Positions 19,562-28,834 of a stretch of DNA of 64,000 nucleotides are shown here, piece after piece (positions within the stretch are counted from its first letter, which is position 1; each line of letters opens with the position of its first letter). The notes below the pieces were generated by a model. That model was given only the letters and a program-made list of their open reading frames with translations, did not search any database and had not been told where the DNA came from. Position numbers and translations under genes: made by a program. This stretch comes from Treponemataceae bacterium (GTDB lineage: Bacteria; Spirochaetota; Spirochaetia; Treponematales; Rectinemataceae). The stretch covers positions 2,272,001 to 2,336,000 of the forward strand of contig CAXXHO010000003.1 of NCBI GenBank assembly GCA_963667725.2, in the 5' to 3' direction.

Positions 19562-19585
19562 CGCACCTTCCCTTCCGTGTTTTAA

Positions 19586-19620
19586 GGAGGTCGCCCGGAA
19601 ATCCGGGCGACCTCCCTTTC
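19586..19620 (+). terminator. Stem-loop after tctC (partial terminator or mRNA stabiliser)
   Basis: GGAGGTCGCCCGGA-AA-TCCGGGCGACCTCC followed by CTTT. Confidence 0.6.
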
Positions 19621-19642
19621 AATCCGATCCATGGAGAATCCG

Positions 19643-20155
19643 ATGACCGAAAAATCTATGGTCAAGGCTGACTTGATCACTTCAATCGTTCTGATCGTGT
19701 TCGGTATCGCGATCGTGGCGATTTCCCTTCAGATGCCGACGATGGCTGACAGAAACCAGAGCATCTACTCCGCGCCCGGTGTCGTTCCGGGCTTCATTGG
19801 AGTCATGCTCGTTCTCCTCAGCCTCTCAATGCTTCTCAGATCATTCAAGAGGAAGGCGCTCTCGGAATTCCGCGATGGGATCACCCCCAAAGGCGTCCTG
19901 GCCCAGGAATCCACGCGGAGAATTCTTATGACCATAGCCTTATGCGTGCTGTACGCCTTTGCTCTCGGCAAGGTATGGTTTCCCCTGGCGACATTCGCCT
20001 TCATTTTCATATTCATCGTTCTTTTCGAGTATGACAGGAAGGCGGCTTTTTCGGCGCAGACAAGAATATTGATAGTGGCCGCGATCATAGGCATCGCTAC
20101 CACAGGTCTGGTTACCCTCGTATTCCAGAAGCTCTTCCTCGTCAATCTACCCTGA
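19643..20155 (+). CDS. tctB: Tripartite tricarboxylate transporter small TM subunit
   Basis: Hydrophobic; PG..P motif; C-terminal F..LFLVNLP; lies between tctC and tctA. Confidence 0.85.
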   Translation: MTEKSMVKADLITSIVLIVFGIAIVAISLQMPTMADRNQSIYSAPGVVPGFIGVMLVLLSLSMLLRSFKRKALSEFRDGITPKGVLAQESTRRILMTIALCVLYAFALGKVWFPLATFAFIFIFIVLFEYDRKAAFSAQTRILIVAAIIGIATTGLVTLVFQKLFLVNLP

Positions 20156-20165
20156 GGAGATTTCC

Positions 20166-21683
20166 ATGTTCCAAGGACTTGAACTTTTCGGTGGAGCCAT
20201 TGTCTCGTTCCTGAATTTCAAATCGCTCTTCAATGTGCTTTGGGCGACGGAACTGGGCATTGTCATAGGGATGCTCCCAGGCCTTACGGCCACCATGGGC
20301 GTAGCCCTGCTCACCACCCTTACCTATACGATGAACGCTAACGATGCCATCCTCATTCTCATCTGCATGTACATCGGTTCCATCTACGGAGGAAGCCGCA
20401 GCGCCATCCTCCTCAACATTCCAGGCACCCCTGCTTCGGCATCCACGACTCTCGACGGCTTCCCCCTCGCCAAGATGGGACAGGCTGGAAAGGCGATCGG
20501 AATCGCCACTACCGGCTCCTTCCTCGGCTCGGTCATCGGCATGATCGCCATGGCGATCTTCACCCCCATGATCGGCAATGTGGCTTTGAGCTTCCAGTCC
20601 TTCGAATTCGTGTGGTTCGCGATATTCGGCATCATCATCTGCGGAAATCTCACCGCTCCCAAGGACCCGCTGAAGGGATGGATCGCGGGCTTCATCGGGC
20701 TTTTCGTGGCGATGATCGGCATGGAGGGCATACACGCCTACATACGTTTCTCATTCGGAAGCAACAACCTCTCGGGCGGCATTTCGCTGATACCCGCCAT
20801 GGTGGGCGCCTTCGGTTTCGCCGAGATCATTTCGGTCATGCGCCACTCCAAGGTCGAGGTCATCAAGAACGAAATAGGGAGAATCCTGCCCAAGGCCGGC
20901 GAGATCTTTAAATACTGGAAGACGATCATCCGCTCAGGCATCGTGGGCACGATCATCGGGGCAATCCCTGGAGTGGGCGAGGATATCGCCGCCTGGGTTT
21001 CCTACGATCTGGCTAAGCGCGGCGCCAAACCCGAGGAAAAAGCGAAGTTCGGACACGGCTCCATCGAGGGGCTCATCGCCTCGGAGACCGGCAACAATGC
21101 CTGCGTCCCTGGCGCCATCATCCCCGTCCTTACCCTGGCCATACCGGGATCGGCTCCTGCGGCCGTCCTCCTGGGCGCCATGCTCATCCACGGCGTGAGG
21201 CCAGGCCCCCTTATCATGATCGAATCCCCGACCTTCGTGTACGAAGTGATCGCGATGGTCTTCTTCGCCACGATAGCCATGTTCGTCCTGGGGCTTTCCA
21301 TGGTGAGACCGATGGTGAAGATTCTCCAGGTGCCCCGGCAGAAACTGATGCCTATCGTTTTCATACTCTGCGTCGTGGGATCCTTCGCCTTGCAGTCCAG
21401 GCTCTTCGATGTCGGCGTCATGATCTTCTTCGGGGTGGTGGGCTTTATTCTGCGCGAGATGGAATATCCGATGGCGCCTCTCGTGCTGGGCATCATCCTG
21501 GGCGACATGCTGGACAAGAACCTGCGCCGTTCGCTCATTCTCTCGAACGGCAACATCGCTCCGTTCTTTACGAGACCCATCTGCCTCGGCCTCTTCCTTT
21601 TGACGATGCTCATCGTAGTGAGCCGTTCGAAAACGGTGAAGGCTCTGTTCGGAAAACTGAGGAAGAGCAAAACGGCAGCCTGA
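20166..21683 (+). CDS. tctA: Tripartite tricarboxylate transporter large TM subunit
   Basis: GMLPGL, YGGS.SAILLNIPGTP, ETGNNA, LAIPGS, G..PGP. Confidence 0.93.
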   Translation: MFQGLELFGGAIVSFLNFKSLFNVLWATELGIVIGMLPGLTATMGVALLTTLTYTMNANDAILILICMYIGSIYGGSRSAILLNIPGTPASASTTLDGFPLAKMGQAGKAIGIATTGSFLGSVIGMIAMAIFTPMIGNVALSFQSFEFVWFAIFGIIICGNLTAPKDPLKGWIAGFIGLFVAMIGMEGIHAYIRFSFGSNNLSGGISLIPAMVGAFGFAEIISVMRHSKVEVIKNEIGRILPKAGEIFKYWKTIIRSGIVGTIIGAIPGVGEDIAAWVSYDLAKRGAKPEEKAKFGHGSIEGLIASETGNNACVPGAIIPVLTLAIPGSAPAAVLLGAMLIHGVRPGPLIMIESPTFVYEVIAMVFFATIAMFVLGLSMVRPMVKILQVPRQKLMPIVFILCVVGSFALQSRLFDVGVMIFFGVVGFILREMEYPMAPLVLGIILGDMLDKNLRRSLILSNGNIAPFFTRPICLGLFLLTMLIVVSRSKTVKALFGKLRKSKTAA

Positions 21684-21715
21684 CAGTTCTTTCGCGCCGG
21701 GCATTTCCAATACGT

Positions 21716-21758
21716 GAAAGAAAAGAGGCCGGTCTAAAAGATCGGCCTCTTTTCTTTC
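21716..21758. terminator. Bidirectional intrinsic terminator between convergent operons
   Basis: GAAAGAAAAGAGGCCG...CGGCCTCTTTTCTTTC inverted repeat. Confidence 0.8.
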
Positions 21759-21767
21759 TGTCCTGAT

Positions 21768-22841
21768 TCAGGCCAGCCATTCCTCAAGATGCTCCTTCAC
21801 AAAATCGTCGTCTCTGAGATGGGGATAGGCTTCGCTGACACGGGCAATTTCCTCGGCCTGGCCGGGGGAGAGAACTTCCTCAGGGTTCAGGCACCATGTT
21901 CCGGCGAGAAGGCCCTGACGCCGCAGGACTTCATGAATTCCCGGAATGCAGCCGGCAAAGCGGTTGGCCGCGTCGAAGACGGCGGCGTTCGCGTCAGTCA
22001 GTTCCTGGGCGAGAGTCAGGACGTTGGGCGAAACGGCACCGCCGGAAAGCGAGAGCGCGCGCAGTGCCGCGTGCATTTCCGCGGCTTTCTTCGTCCACAG
22101 GCACCATTGGCCCAAAAGCCCGCCCACAATCCTGATTTCCTTTTCGCCCGATCCCGTGCGGATTCTATACGGCGTTATCAGATCGACGACGATATTGTCG
22201 TCGTTGCCGGTATAGAGGGCGATTTCCTTTTCCCGTCCTATGTCGCATACCGCGCGAATGACGTCGATCGTCCGGTACCTGTTGAACGGAGCCATCTTTA
22301 TCGCGAGCAGGTTGTCCAGCCGGGCGAATTCCTTCCAGAACTCGTAGGGCAGGACGCGTCCGCCGACGTCGGGCTGGAGGTAAAAGCCTATGACGGGAAT
22401 CGTCTCGGAAACGCTGCGCGCATGCTCCACGAGGGCTCCGATGGAAGCGTCTTTCATCGCGGCGAGGCTGAGGAGGCCGGCGTGGTAGCCCTGGTCCACA
22501 AGATATGCGGCTTCGTCGCAGGCTTGGGTAGTTCGGCCGCAGATGCCACCAATCTTGACGATTGGCCGGGCGCGGGCGGCTGAATGTTCGTCGATCATCC
22601 GCGAGACGGCGGCGAGCACGGGCTTGAAGAGGCCGTGGCGCGGCTCGCGGATCTCGAACTGGGTGGTATGCACGCCGACGGCGAGGCCGCCCGCGCCGGC
22701 GTCGATATAATAGCGCACAAGAGCCCGTTGGCGCTTTTCGTCGAAGCGTCGGAAGGCATCGAGCGCGAGAGGCATGGCCGGTATCACCGTGCCTTCGCGG
22801 ATGCGAGCCGGAACAAAAGCGGGCAGCTCACCAATTCTCAT
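21768..22841 (-). CDS. Dihydrodipicolinate synthase-like (class I aldolase fold) protein
   Basis: VIPAMPLAL, GGLAVGVHTTQF, GFYLQP, AIKMAPF Schiff-base Lys, LYTGNDD. Confidence 0.82.
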   Translation of the reverse strand: MRIGELPAFVPARIREGTVIPAMPLALDAFRRFDEKRQRALVRYYIDAGAGGLAVGVHTTQFEIREPRHGLFKPVLAAVSRMIDEHSAARARPIVKIGGICGRTTQACDEAAYLVDQGYHAGLLSLAAMKDASIGALVEHARSVSETIPVIGFYLQPDVGGRVLPYEFWKEFARLDNLLAIKMAPFNRYRTIDVIRAVCDIGREKEIALYTGNDDNIVVDLITPYRIRTGSGEKEIRIVGGLLGQWCLWTKKAAEMHAALRALSLSGGAVSPNVLTLAQELTDANAAVFDAANRFAGCIPGIHEVLRRQGLLAGTWCLNPEEVLSPGQAEEIARVSEAYPHLRDDDFVKEHLEEWLA

Positions 22842-22874
22842 AAAAAACCTCCTGGCATGCCTAGGCGAAGCGCC

Positions 22875-23909
22875 TCAGAATTTTCCGTCCATCTGCTCGA
22901 AATGCGTGGGCTTTCCGAGCGATGGACCTCCCGCGCCGATCCACTCGGCCGTCATGTCGATCATCTCGGCTAGGGAAACGCGCGGATATCCGAAAAGAGA
23001 GAATGACTTCGCCGCGTTAGAGAGATAGACGGGGTTCGCGGATGATTCGTCGTTCAGGAAAGACGGTTTTCTGCCCAACCTCCTTCCGATTTCCTCCGAC
23101 GCCCAACGTACCGATATCGTTTCGGGACCGGTGACGTTCAACGCCACTGGCGGCGCTGAACAGATATCGAGGGCGAGGAGAGCGCGTTCCAGGACATCCC
23201 CCTGCCAGATGCAGTTGAATGCTCCCGATCCGAGATCCACCAGTTCCCCCGCCGCCACTTTCCGGCCTATGTCGTGAAGGACGCCGTAGCGCAGATCGAT
23301 AGCGTAGTTGAGGCGAAAGAGGCAGAGTGGCGTGCCGTTCTTCCGCGAGAAATATTCGAAGACGCGCTCTCGTCCCAGGGCCGATTGGGCGTATTCGCCG
23401 ATGGGCGTCAGTTCGTCGCCTTCGACGCTGCCTCCCGAATCCGGCTTCCTTAATTCGTAGACGCATCCCGTGGAAAACACGACGATGCGGCTGCCTGGGT
23501 AACGCTCAGCCACGTTGGCCGGCACAATAGTGTTCATGGCCCATGTCTGGTCCTGCGCCCCGCTCGTGCCGAACTTTTTACCGGCGAGAAAAATAACGTT
23601 GCGCGATTCCGGAAGACCAGCGACGCCTTTTCTGTCGAGAAGATCGCAGGCTATGGTTTCGACGCCGGCCGCTTCGCATTTCTCCCGCGCGGCTGAATCC
23701 CCGAATCGAGAGACAGCGTACACCTTCCGCTCTTTCCCCGAAGCGCGCACGGCTCTCGCGGCCATCATCGCGAGCGTCACACCCACTTTGCCTGCCGCGC
23801 CGAGCAGCATCACGTCCCCATCGAGCCTGCCCATGAAATCGATCACTTTGTCTGAAGGCGTCGACAGATATTCGTCGAGCTCCCGCTCGTTCTTGGGTAT
23901 CTTGTTCAT
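22875..23909 (-). CDS. NAD-dependent epimerase/dehydratase
   Basis: LGAAGKVG, FSTGCVY, EYAQS..GRE, RLNYAIDLRYGV. Confidence 0.85.
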   Translation of the reverse strand: MNKIPKNERELDEYLSTPSDKVIDFMGRLDGDVMLLGAAGKVGVTLAMMAARAVRASGKERKVYAVSRFGDSAAREKCEAAGVETIACDLLDRKGVAGLPESRNVIFLAGKKFGTSGAQDQTWAMNTIVPANVAERYPGSRIVVFSTGCVYELRKPDSGGSVEGDELTPIGEYAQSALGRERVFEYFSRKNGTPLCLFRLNYAIDLRYGVLHDIGRKVAAGELVDLGSGAFNCIWQGDVLERALLALDICSAPPVALNVTGPETISVRWASEEIGRRLGRKPSFLNDESSANPVYLSNAAKSFSLFGYPRVSLAEMIDMTAEWIGAGGPSLGKPTHFEQMDGKF

Positions 23910-24997
23910 CTGCCGGCGCTCCTATTGGCTGCCAGAGCCTTCTCCTCAGCCTCTATCGCGATTTCAATGGCGCGGAACACCATGTTCTGGTCCATCGCCA
24001 GCGAAGTCCTGTCCATGCAGTCCCTTATGAACCTTCCGAAAAAGGGGAAACCCATCTTGCCCGCGGCGTTGAAATGGTATTCGCCTTCGTGGTTCACGAG
24101 GATGACATGGTCGCCCTCGGGATTGGCCGCCACATCGATGTATTTCCGCAGCTCCAGATAGCCATCGGTGCCCTGGATGAAGGTGCGCCCGTCACCCCAG
24201 GCCCCCAGGCCGTCGGGGGTGAACCAATGGACGCATAAATATCCCGACGCCCCATTGTCCATGACGAGGGACGCGTCGCCGAAATCCTCGAAATCGGGAT
24301 ATTCCTTGTATTTATAGGAAGTCACCCGGGAGGCGGCGACGGAAGCATCTTTCGCCCCGGTGAAGAAGAGTATCTGTTCGACCTGATGGCAGCCCAGATC
24401 CACGAGAATGCCCCCGAACTTCTTCCTGTCGAAAAACCAGGCCGGGCGCTGGGAGAGGCTGATCCTGTGCGGGCCGGTGCCGATAACCTGGATCACCTGG
24501 CCTATGGCTCCCTCGGCTATCAGTTTTTCGGCGTATACGGAGGCTTCAACATGGAGGCGCTCACTGTAATAGACTCCATATTTCCGGCCCGTTTTCGCCG
24601 CCGTTTTCCTCGCCTCTTCAATATCGGACTGCCTGGTGAAGGGAGGCTTGTCGCAGAAATAATCCTTGCCATGTTCCATCACGCGAACGCCCAGGGCTCC
24701 GCGTTCGCAGGGAATGGGCGCCGCCACCACCATTCGGATCGCCGGATCCTCCAGGATGGCGCGCTCATCGGAAACGGCGACCGCATCGGGAAACTGTTTG
24801 CGGAAGGCTGCCACTTTCGCCGGATCGGGGTCCCATACTCGCGAGACCTCGGCTCCCGCCTCGGTGAAGCCGTTGCACATTCCGTAAATGTGGCCATGGT
24901 CGAGCCCGATCACGCCCAGCTTGAATTCTCCCTTCCCGCAAACCGGCTCGGCTTTGCCCTTAGGAGCGTAGAATTGACCATCGGCTTTTTTCTGCAT
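23906..24997 (-). CDS. Gfo/Idh/MocA family oxidoreductase
   Basis: GVIGLDHGHI, GKDYFCDKP, GGILVDLGCHQ. Confidence 0.9.
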   Translation of the reverse strand: MQKKADGQFYAPKGKAEPVCGKGEFKLGVIGLDHGHIYGMCNGFTEAGAEVSRVWDPDPAKVAAFRKQFPDAVAVSDERAILEDPAIRMVVAAPIPCERGALGVRVMEHGKDYFCDKPPFTRQSDIEEARKTAAKTGRKYGVYYSERLHVEASVYAEKLIAEGAIGQVIQVIGTGPHRISLSQRPAWFFDRKKFGGILVDLGCHQVEQILFFTGAKDASVAASRVTSYKYKEYPDFEDFGDASLVMDNGASGYLCVHWFTPDGLGAWGDGRTFIQGTDGYLELRKYIDVAANPEGDHVILVNHEGEYHFNAAGKMGFPFFGRFIRDCMDRTSLAMDQNMVFRAIEIAIEAEEKALAANRSAGR

Positions 24998-25033
24998 AGT
25001 ACCTCCCGTCGCCGCGTTCCTGACGCATGTTTT

Positions 25034-25049
25034 TTAATTGTACAATGAA
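25034..25049. promoter_or_regulatory. Palindrome over the -10 of the oxidoreductase operon; possible GntR/FadR-type operator
   Basis: TTAATTGTACAATGAA (core ATTGTACAAT), containing TG-TACAAT on the minus strand. Confidence 0.4.
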
Positions 25050-25160
25050 TTCGCTACTTTTTGGAAAAATTTCTGCGCACCGCCGGATATCGGCCAAGGT
25101 TGACCATGGCGCCGCATGCGCGTTACTCTATCCACATACCTACAATGGAGGTCTGTACCA

Positions 25161-25691
25161 ATGAACCGTATCACCATAGCACCCAAAGATTTCATCTTCG
25201 ACCAATCGATCATATCGAAACGATGGCTTCTGCTCACCGCGGGCGAATTCGCGCCCGGAAAGTTCAATTCCATGACAATTTCCTGGGGAAGCGTCGGCGA
25301 AATTTGGAACAAACCCTTTTTCCAGGTAGTCGTGCGCCCCCAGCGTTTCACCAGAACCTTCATGGATTCGGGCAACCACTTCACGCTTTGCGTCTTCCCT
25401 GAAAGCTGCAAAGCCGCCCTTTCCCTTCTCGGTTCCAAATCCGGCCGCGACGGGGATAAAATCGGCGAATCGGGCCTCACGCCGATAGCATCGACGATCG
25501 CCCCCGCCCCTGGATACGAAGAGGCCGAGCTCATCGTCGAATGCAGGAAGATGTACTGGCAGGATATCGATCCCTCCCATTTCCTCGATTCCGGCATCAT
25601 GGCGAACTACCCGAAGCAGGACTTCCACCGCGCTTATTTCGGTGAAGTGGTGGCCATAAGCGGTACCGACAAGTACCGCCGCAAGGCATGA
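25161..25691 (+). CDS. Flavin reductase-like FMN-binding protein
   Basis: W.LLTAG, FNSMTISWG, VRPQRFT, GSKSGRDGDK, ECRK.Y, H..YFGEV; GGAGG RBS. Confidence 0.85.
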   Translation: MNRITIAPKDFIFDQSIISKRWLLLTAGEFAPGKFNSMTISWGSVGEIWNKPFFQVVVRPQRFTRTFMDSGNHFTLCVFPESCKAALSLLGSKSGRDGDKIGESGLTPIASTIAPAPGYEEAELIVECRKMYWQDIDPSHFLDSGIMANYPKQDFHRAYFGEVVAISGTDKYRRKA

Positions 25692-26179
25692 GAACCCTCA
25701 TCACGGGCGGCGTCAAATCGGGCAAATCCAGTTACGCCTTGATATTGGCAGAGGCTTTCATGGAGCCCAGATTTTTCCTCGCCACCGCCGAAGCCTTCGA
25801 TGACGAAATGAAAGCTAAAATCGCCCATCACAAAGCCGAGCGGCGGGAGTGTTTCGTGACGATCGAGGAGCCGCTGGATATCCACGCCAGGCTTCGCGAC
25901 AACATGATCCTCGACTGCATTCCGCTCTGGCTCAACAATATGTTCCATTACGGCAGGGAAGACGCGATAGATGCGACGATCGACGCCCTCATTGAAGGGC
26001 TGCCCGCGAATATCGTGATCGTGACGAACGAGGTGGGCATGGGCTTCGTGCCGGCCGACTCGCTCTCGCGCCGCTACGGCAATACGATAGGCAGGGTGAA
26101 CGCCCGACTGGCTTCGGCCTGCGATCAGGTCATCCTCATGGTTTCAGGCATCCCCCTCGCGGTCAAAAAACCGCGATGA
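25688..26179 (+). CDS. cobU: Adenosylcobinamide kinase / cobinamide-phosphate guanylyltransferase
   Basis: GGVKSGKS, ATA...DDEM...I..H, DC..LW..N, VTNEVGMG.VP, V.GIP. Confidence 0.92.
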   Translation: MRTLITGGVKSGKSSYALILAEAFMEPRFFLATAEAFDDEMKAKIAHHKAERRECFVTIEEPLDIHARLRDNMILDCIPLWLNNMFHYGREDAIDATIDALIEGLPANIVIVTNEVGMGFVPADSLSRRYGNTIGRVNARLASACDQVILMVSGIPLAVKKPR

Positions 26180-26868
26180 AACTCTGCGTCCCTTCCTGGC
26201 AGCTGCCGGGTTCCTGGCTCTACAACGCGGAGAAGTTGGTCGATCTTTCCTGGATAGAAGGGATTGAGCTGCTCTTCTTCTCTTTCGACGACGAGACGCG
26301 AAAACTCTTCGCCGCGGAGAGGGAAGCCCTCGCCAGCCTCGCTGAACGGTTTTCCTTCAGCCTCCATCTGCCTGATCCGCTGAGGCCGGCCGATCTGGAT
26401 CTTGTCGAGATGACCGAGTCCTTCGTCGACAGCTACGTCTTCCATCCACGCGGAATCGACAGTTCTTCGCTGGGATACGGCGAAGAACGAGACTGGGCGG
26501 CTCTGGTGCGGGAAATGCGGGCGGCCTATGGCCGGGAACGCTTCGCCATGGAGTACACGGGCGAAAAGGCCTTTGAAAAATCCCTGGAACTTCTGCCCGA
26601 TCTCTCCCTGTGCGCCGATACGGGATGCCTCCTCCGCGACGGGAAGCAGCCCCTTGACTGGATCAGGAGCCATGCCGGCTCATTGAGGGAAATCCATCTC
26701 CACGCCGCGCGGGGGAACAAGGACCATTTCGCCCTGGGACCGGATGACGCATGGCTCCCCGACCTGGCGAAAGCAGCCGGAGAGAGCGGTTGGCGCATAG
26801 TCCTGGAGACCTTCTCCCTCGAAGAATCCAGGGCTTCCTACGATGAATTGAGGAGGTGGCTTCCATGA
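26176..26868 (+). CDS. cbiR: Cobamide-remodelling phosphodiesterase CbiR-like (AP endonuclease 2 TIM barrel)
   Basis: IELLFF, SLHLP, ME, DTG, EIHLH, DH, VLETF metal motifs; located between cobU and cobS. Confidence 0.72.
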   Translation: MKLCVPSWQLPGSWLYNAEKLVDLSWIEGIELLFFSFDDETRKLFAAEREALASLAERFSFSLHLPDPLRPADLDLVEMTESFVDSYVFHPRGIDSSSLGYGEERDWAALVREMRAAYGRERFAMEYTGEKAFEKSLELLPDLSLCADTGCLLRDGKQPLDWIRSHAGSLREIHLHAARGNKDHFALGPDDAWLPDLAKAAGESGWRIVLETFSLEESRASYDELRRWLP

Positions 26869-27692
26869 AAACGGACAACCCGAAAATCGGCCGCATCGGT
26901 ATGGACAGGTTCCTCACCATTTTCACCCTCGTCTCCCGGATTCCCGTGAAGCGGAATTTCAAGGCCGATTTTTCGCGAGCAGATTTCTGGCTGCCCGCCG
27001 TATCGCCGCTCGTATCCCTGACGGCACTGCTCGGTTTCTGGCTTGGAATCGCCTTGTCCGGCGATATGTTCCTCTCGGCCATCTCGTCGATGACTTTTCA
27101 GTATTTCCTCTTCAACATTTTCCATTTCGACGGCCTCGTCGACACCGCCGACGCGATGTTGCCCGCGGCCGACAGGGAAAGGCGCCTGGAAATCCTCAAG
27201 GATCCCAGGGTCGGCACGTACGGATTCTTCTGCGGCCTCCTCGCCCTCGCCTTGCGGATAGGCGCGATCAGCCTCCTTGCCGAAGGCGGAATCATTTTTT
27301 CGGCGCTCGTCGCGGGCTTCCTTATCGCGCCGCTCGCCGGAAGACTGGCCGCCGCCCTCGTGCCCTTGGTCTCGAAGCCCGCCAGGCCGACGGGGCTGGG
27401 CGCCCTGATGAGGGATTTCTCCGCGCGGCGAATCGCCGCGGGCGGGGCGGTAGCCTTCATTCCCGCGTTGGCGTACGGGATTGGGGCAGGCAGCTGGCTC
27501 CTGCCTCTTTTCTGCCTCGTCTCGACGGCGGCGGCCGCGGCCGGAAGCGCTTTCTTCGTCTCGAGGACCTATTCCGGAAAGGTGGGCGGTTTCACGGGCG
27601 ACGCGTTGGGCGCCGCCGTCGAGATAGGGGAAATTTCGGCACTCCTCCTTCTCGGCATAATGATCCGCTTGGCCGGAGGCATTGCCGCATGA
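26865..27692 (+). CDS. cobS: Cobamide synthase (adenosylcobinamide-GDP ribazoletransferase)
   Basis: HFDGLVDTADA, LEILKDPRVGTYG, GGFTGDALGA. Confidence 0.93.
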   Translation: MKTDNPKIGRIGMDRFLTIFTLVSRIPVKRNFKADFSRADFWLPAVSPLVSLTALLGFWLGIALSGDMFLSAISSMTFQYFLFNIFHFDGLVDTADAMLPAADRERRLEILKDPRVGTYGFFCGLLALALRIGAISLLAEGGIIFSALVAGFLIAPLAGRLAAALVPLVSKPARPTGLGALMRDFSARRIAAGGAVAFIPALAYGIGAGSWLLPLFCLVSTAAAAAGSAFFVSRTYSGKVGGFTGDALGAAVEIGEISALLLLGIMIRLAGGIAA

Positions 27693-28834
27693 TTCTCGAT
27701 CACCTGAACCATGGCGGCAACACGAGGCTCATCGCGGCCGCCTCCGGCCTTCCTGAATCGCGCATCCTCGATTTCAGCGCGAACATCAATCCTTTCGGAC
27801 CTCCCCCCTGGCTGGCCGAAGCGATGGAAGAAGGCCTGTCGCGCATAACCTTCTATCCCGATCCCGAAGCGACGAAAGCGCGCAACGCGGCGTCTCTCAG
27901 GTTTTCTTCCCCCGCCGAACGATTCCTGTTCGCCGACGGCGCCGACTCTCTCCTTTTCGCACTCCCGGGAGCGCTGAAAGCCGATGTCTGCGTCCTTCCC
28001 GTTCCGACCTATTCAGGCTACCGACGCGCCATCCGGCACGCCGGCGTTGCGGAAATCGACCTGCCCCTCCTCCCCGAGGAGGGCTTCAGGATGGACAGTC
28101 CGCGCTTTTTGGCTTCGCTGAGGGAAGCGCTCAAGGACAGCGGGCGGCTCGAAAGGGCCGGCCGCCTGCAGGGTGTCGCCACGTCGAAACGCGCGATCGT
28201 ATTTCTCGGCGCCCCCAACAATCCAGCCGGCGGCATGCTACCCGCAGGCTTGATAGAAAGCCTGGCCGGAGAGTTCCCCCGCCATATTTTTGTCATCGAC
28301 GAATCCTTCCTCGAACTCAGCTTGAGCGGTCAAAGCCTCATAGGGACGGAAATCGCGAACATCGTCGTCGCCAGGTCGCTGACGAAGGCCTGGGCTGTTC
28401 CAGGCGCGCGTGTAGGCTTCATCTATGCCAATCCCGAAACCTGCGCCGCCGTCAGGGCGGATATTTCGGCCTGGCCGGTTTCCTCCTTCGCCGAAGCCAT
28501 CGCGACAAGAGCATTGGGCGACGCGGATTTTCTTAGGCAAACCGTGCCGGCGCTGATGGCGGAAGAAGCCGGCTTTTCGACGGCCTTGAGCGAACTGCGC
28601 GGCTTCAAGGTTTTCCGCAGCGGGGCAAATTTCCTTCTTTTGGATGCCGGCGATGACGCGCGCGGCGCCCTGATCGCGAAAAGCCTGCTCGGAATGGGCA
28701 TAGCCGTCCGCCGCTTTTCCCCGGCCGAGGGCCTGAGCGAACGCTACACGCGCCTTGCCGTCAGATCACCAAGGGAGAATCGGCGCTTCATCGAAGCCTT
28801 GAAAACCATACTGGATTCGGAGCGCCCGCGATGA
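27689..28834 (+). CDS. cobD: L-threonine-O-3-phosphate decarboxylase (PLP-dependent)
   Basis: HGGN, LDFSANINPFG, PNNP.G, IDESF, RSLTK.WAVPGARVG; cob gene context. Confidence 0.85.
   Translation: MILDHLNHGGNTRLIAAASGLPESRILDFSANINPFGPPPWLAEAMEEGLSRITFYPDPEATKARNAASLRFSSPAERFLFADGADSLLFALPGALKADVCVLPVPTYSGYRRAIRHAGVAEIDLPLLPEEGFRMDSPRFLASLREALKDSGRLERAGRLQGVATSKRAIVFLGAPNNPAGGMLPAGLIESLAGEFPRHIFVIDESFLELSLSGQSLIGTEIANIVVARSLTKAWAVPGARVGFIYANPETCAAVRADISAWPVSSFAEAIATRALGDADFLRQTVPALMAEEAGFSTALSELRGFKVFRSGANFLLLDAGDDARGALIAKSLLGMGIAVRRFSPAEGLSERYTRLAVRSPRENRRFIEALKTILDSERPR

Noticed and set aside
21768..22841. Calling this gene dapA
   Set aside because: The GTTGE motif is replaced by VHTTQF and the context is sugar catabolism
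24998..25160. Cobalamin riboswitch upstream of the cob operon
   Set aside because: No B12-box or GCCACTG-type conserved elements, and the spacer is short and shared with a divergent promoter
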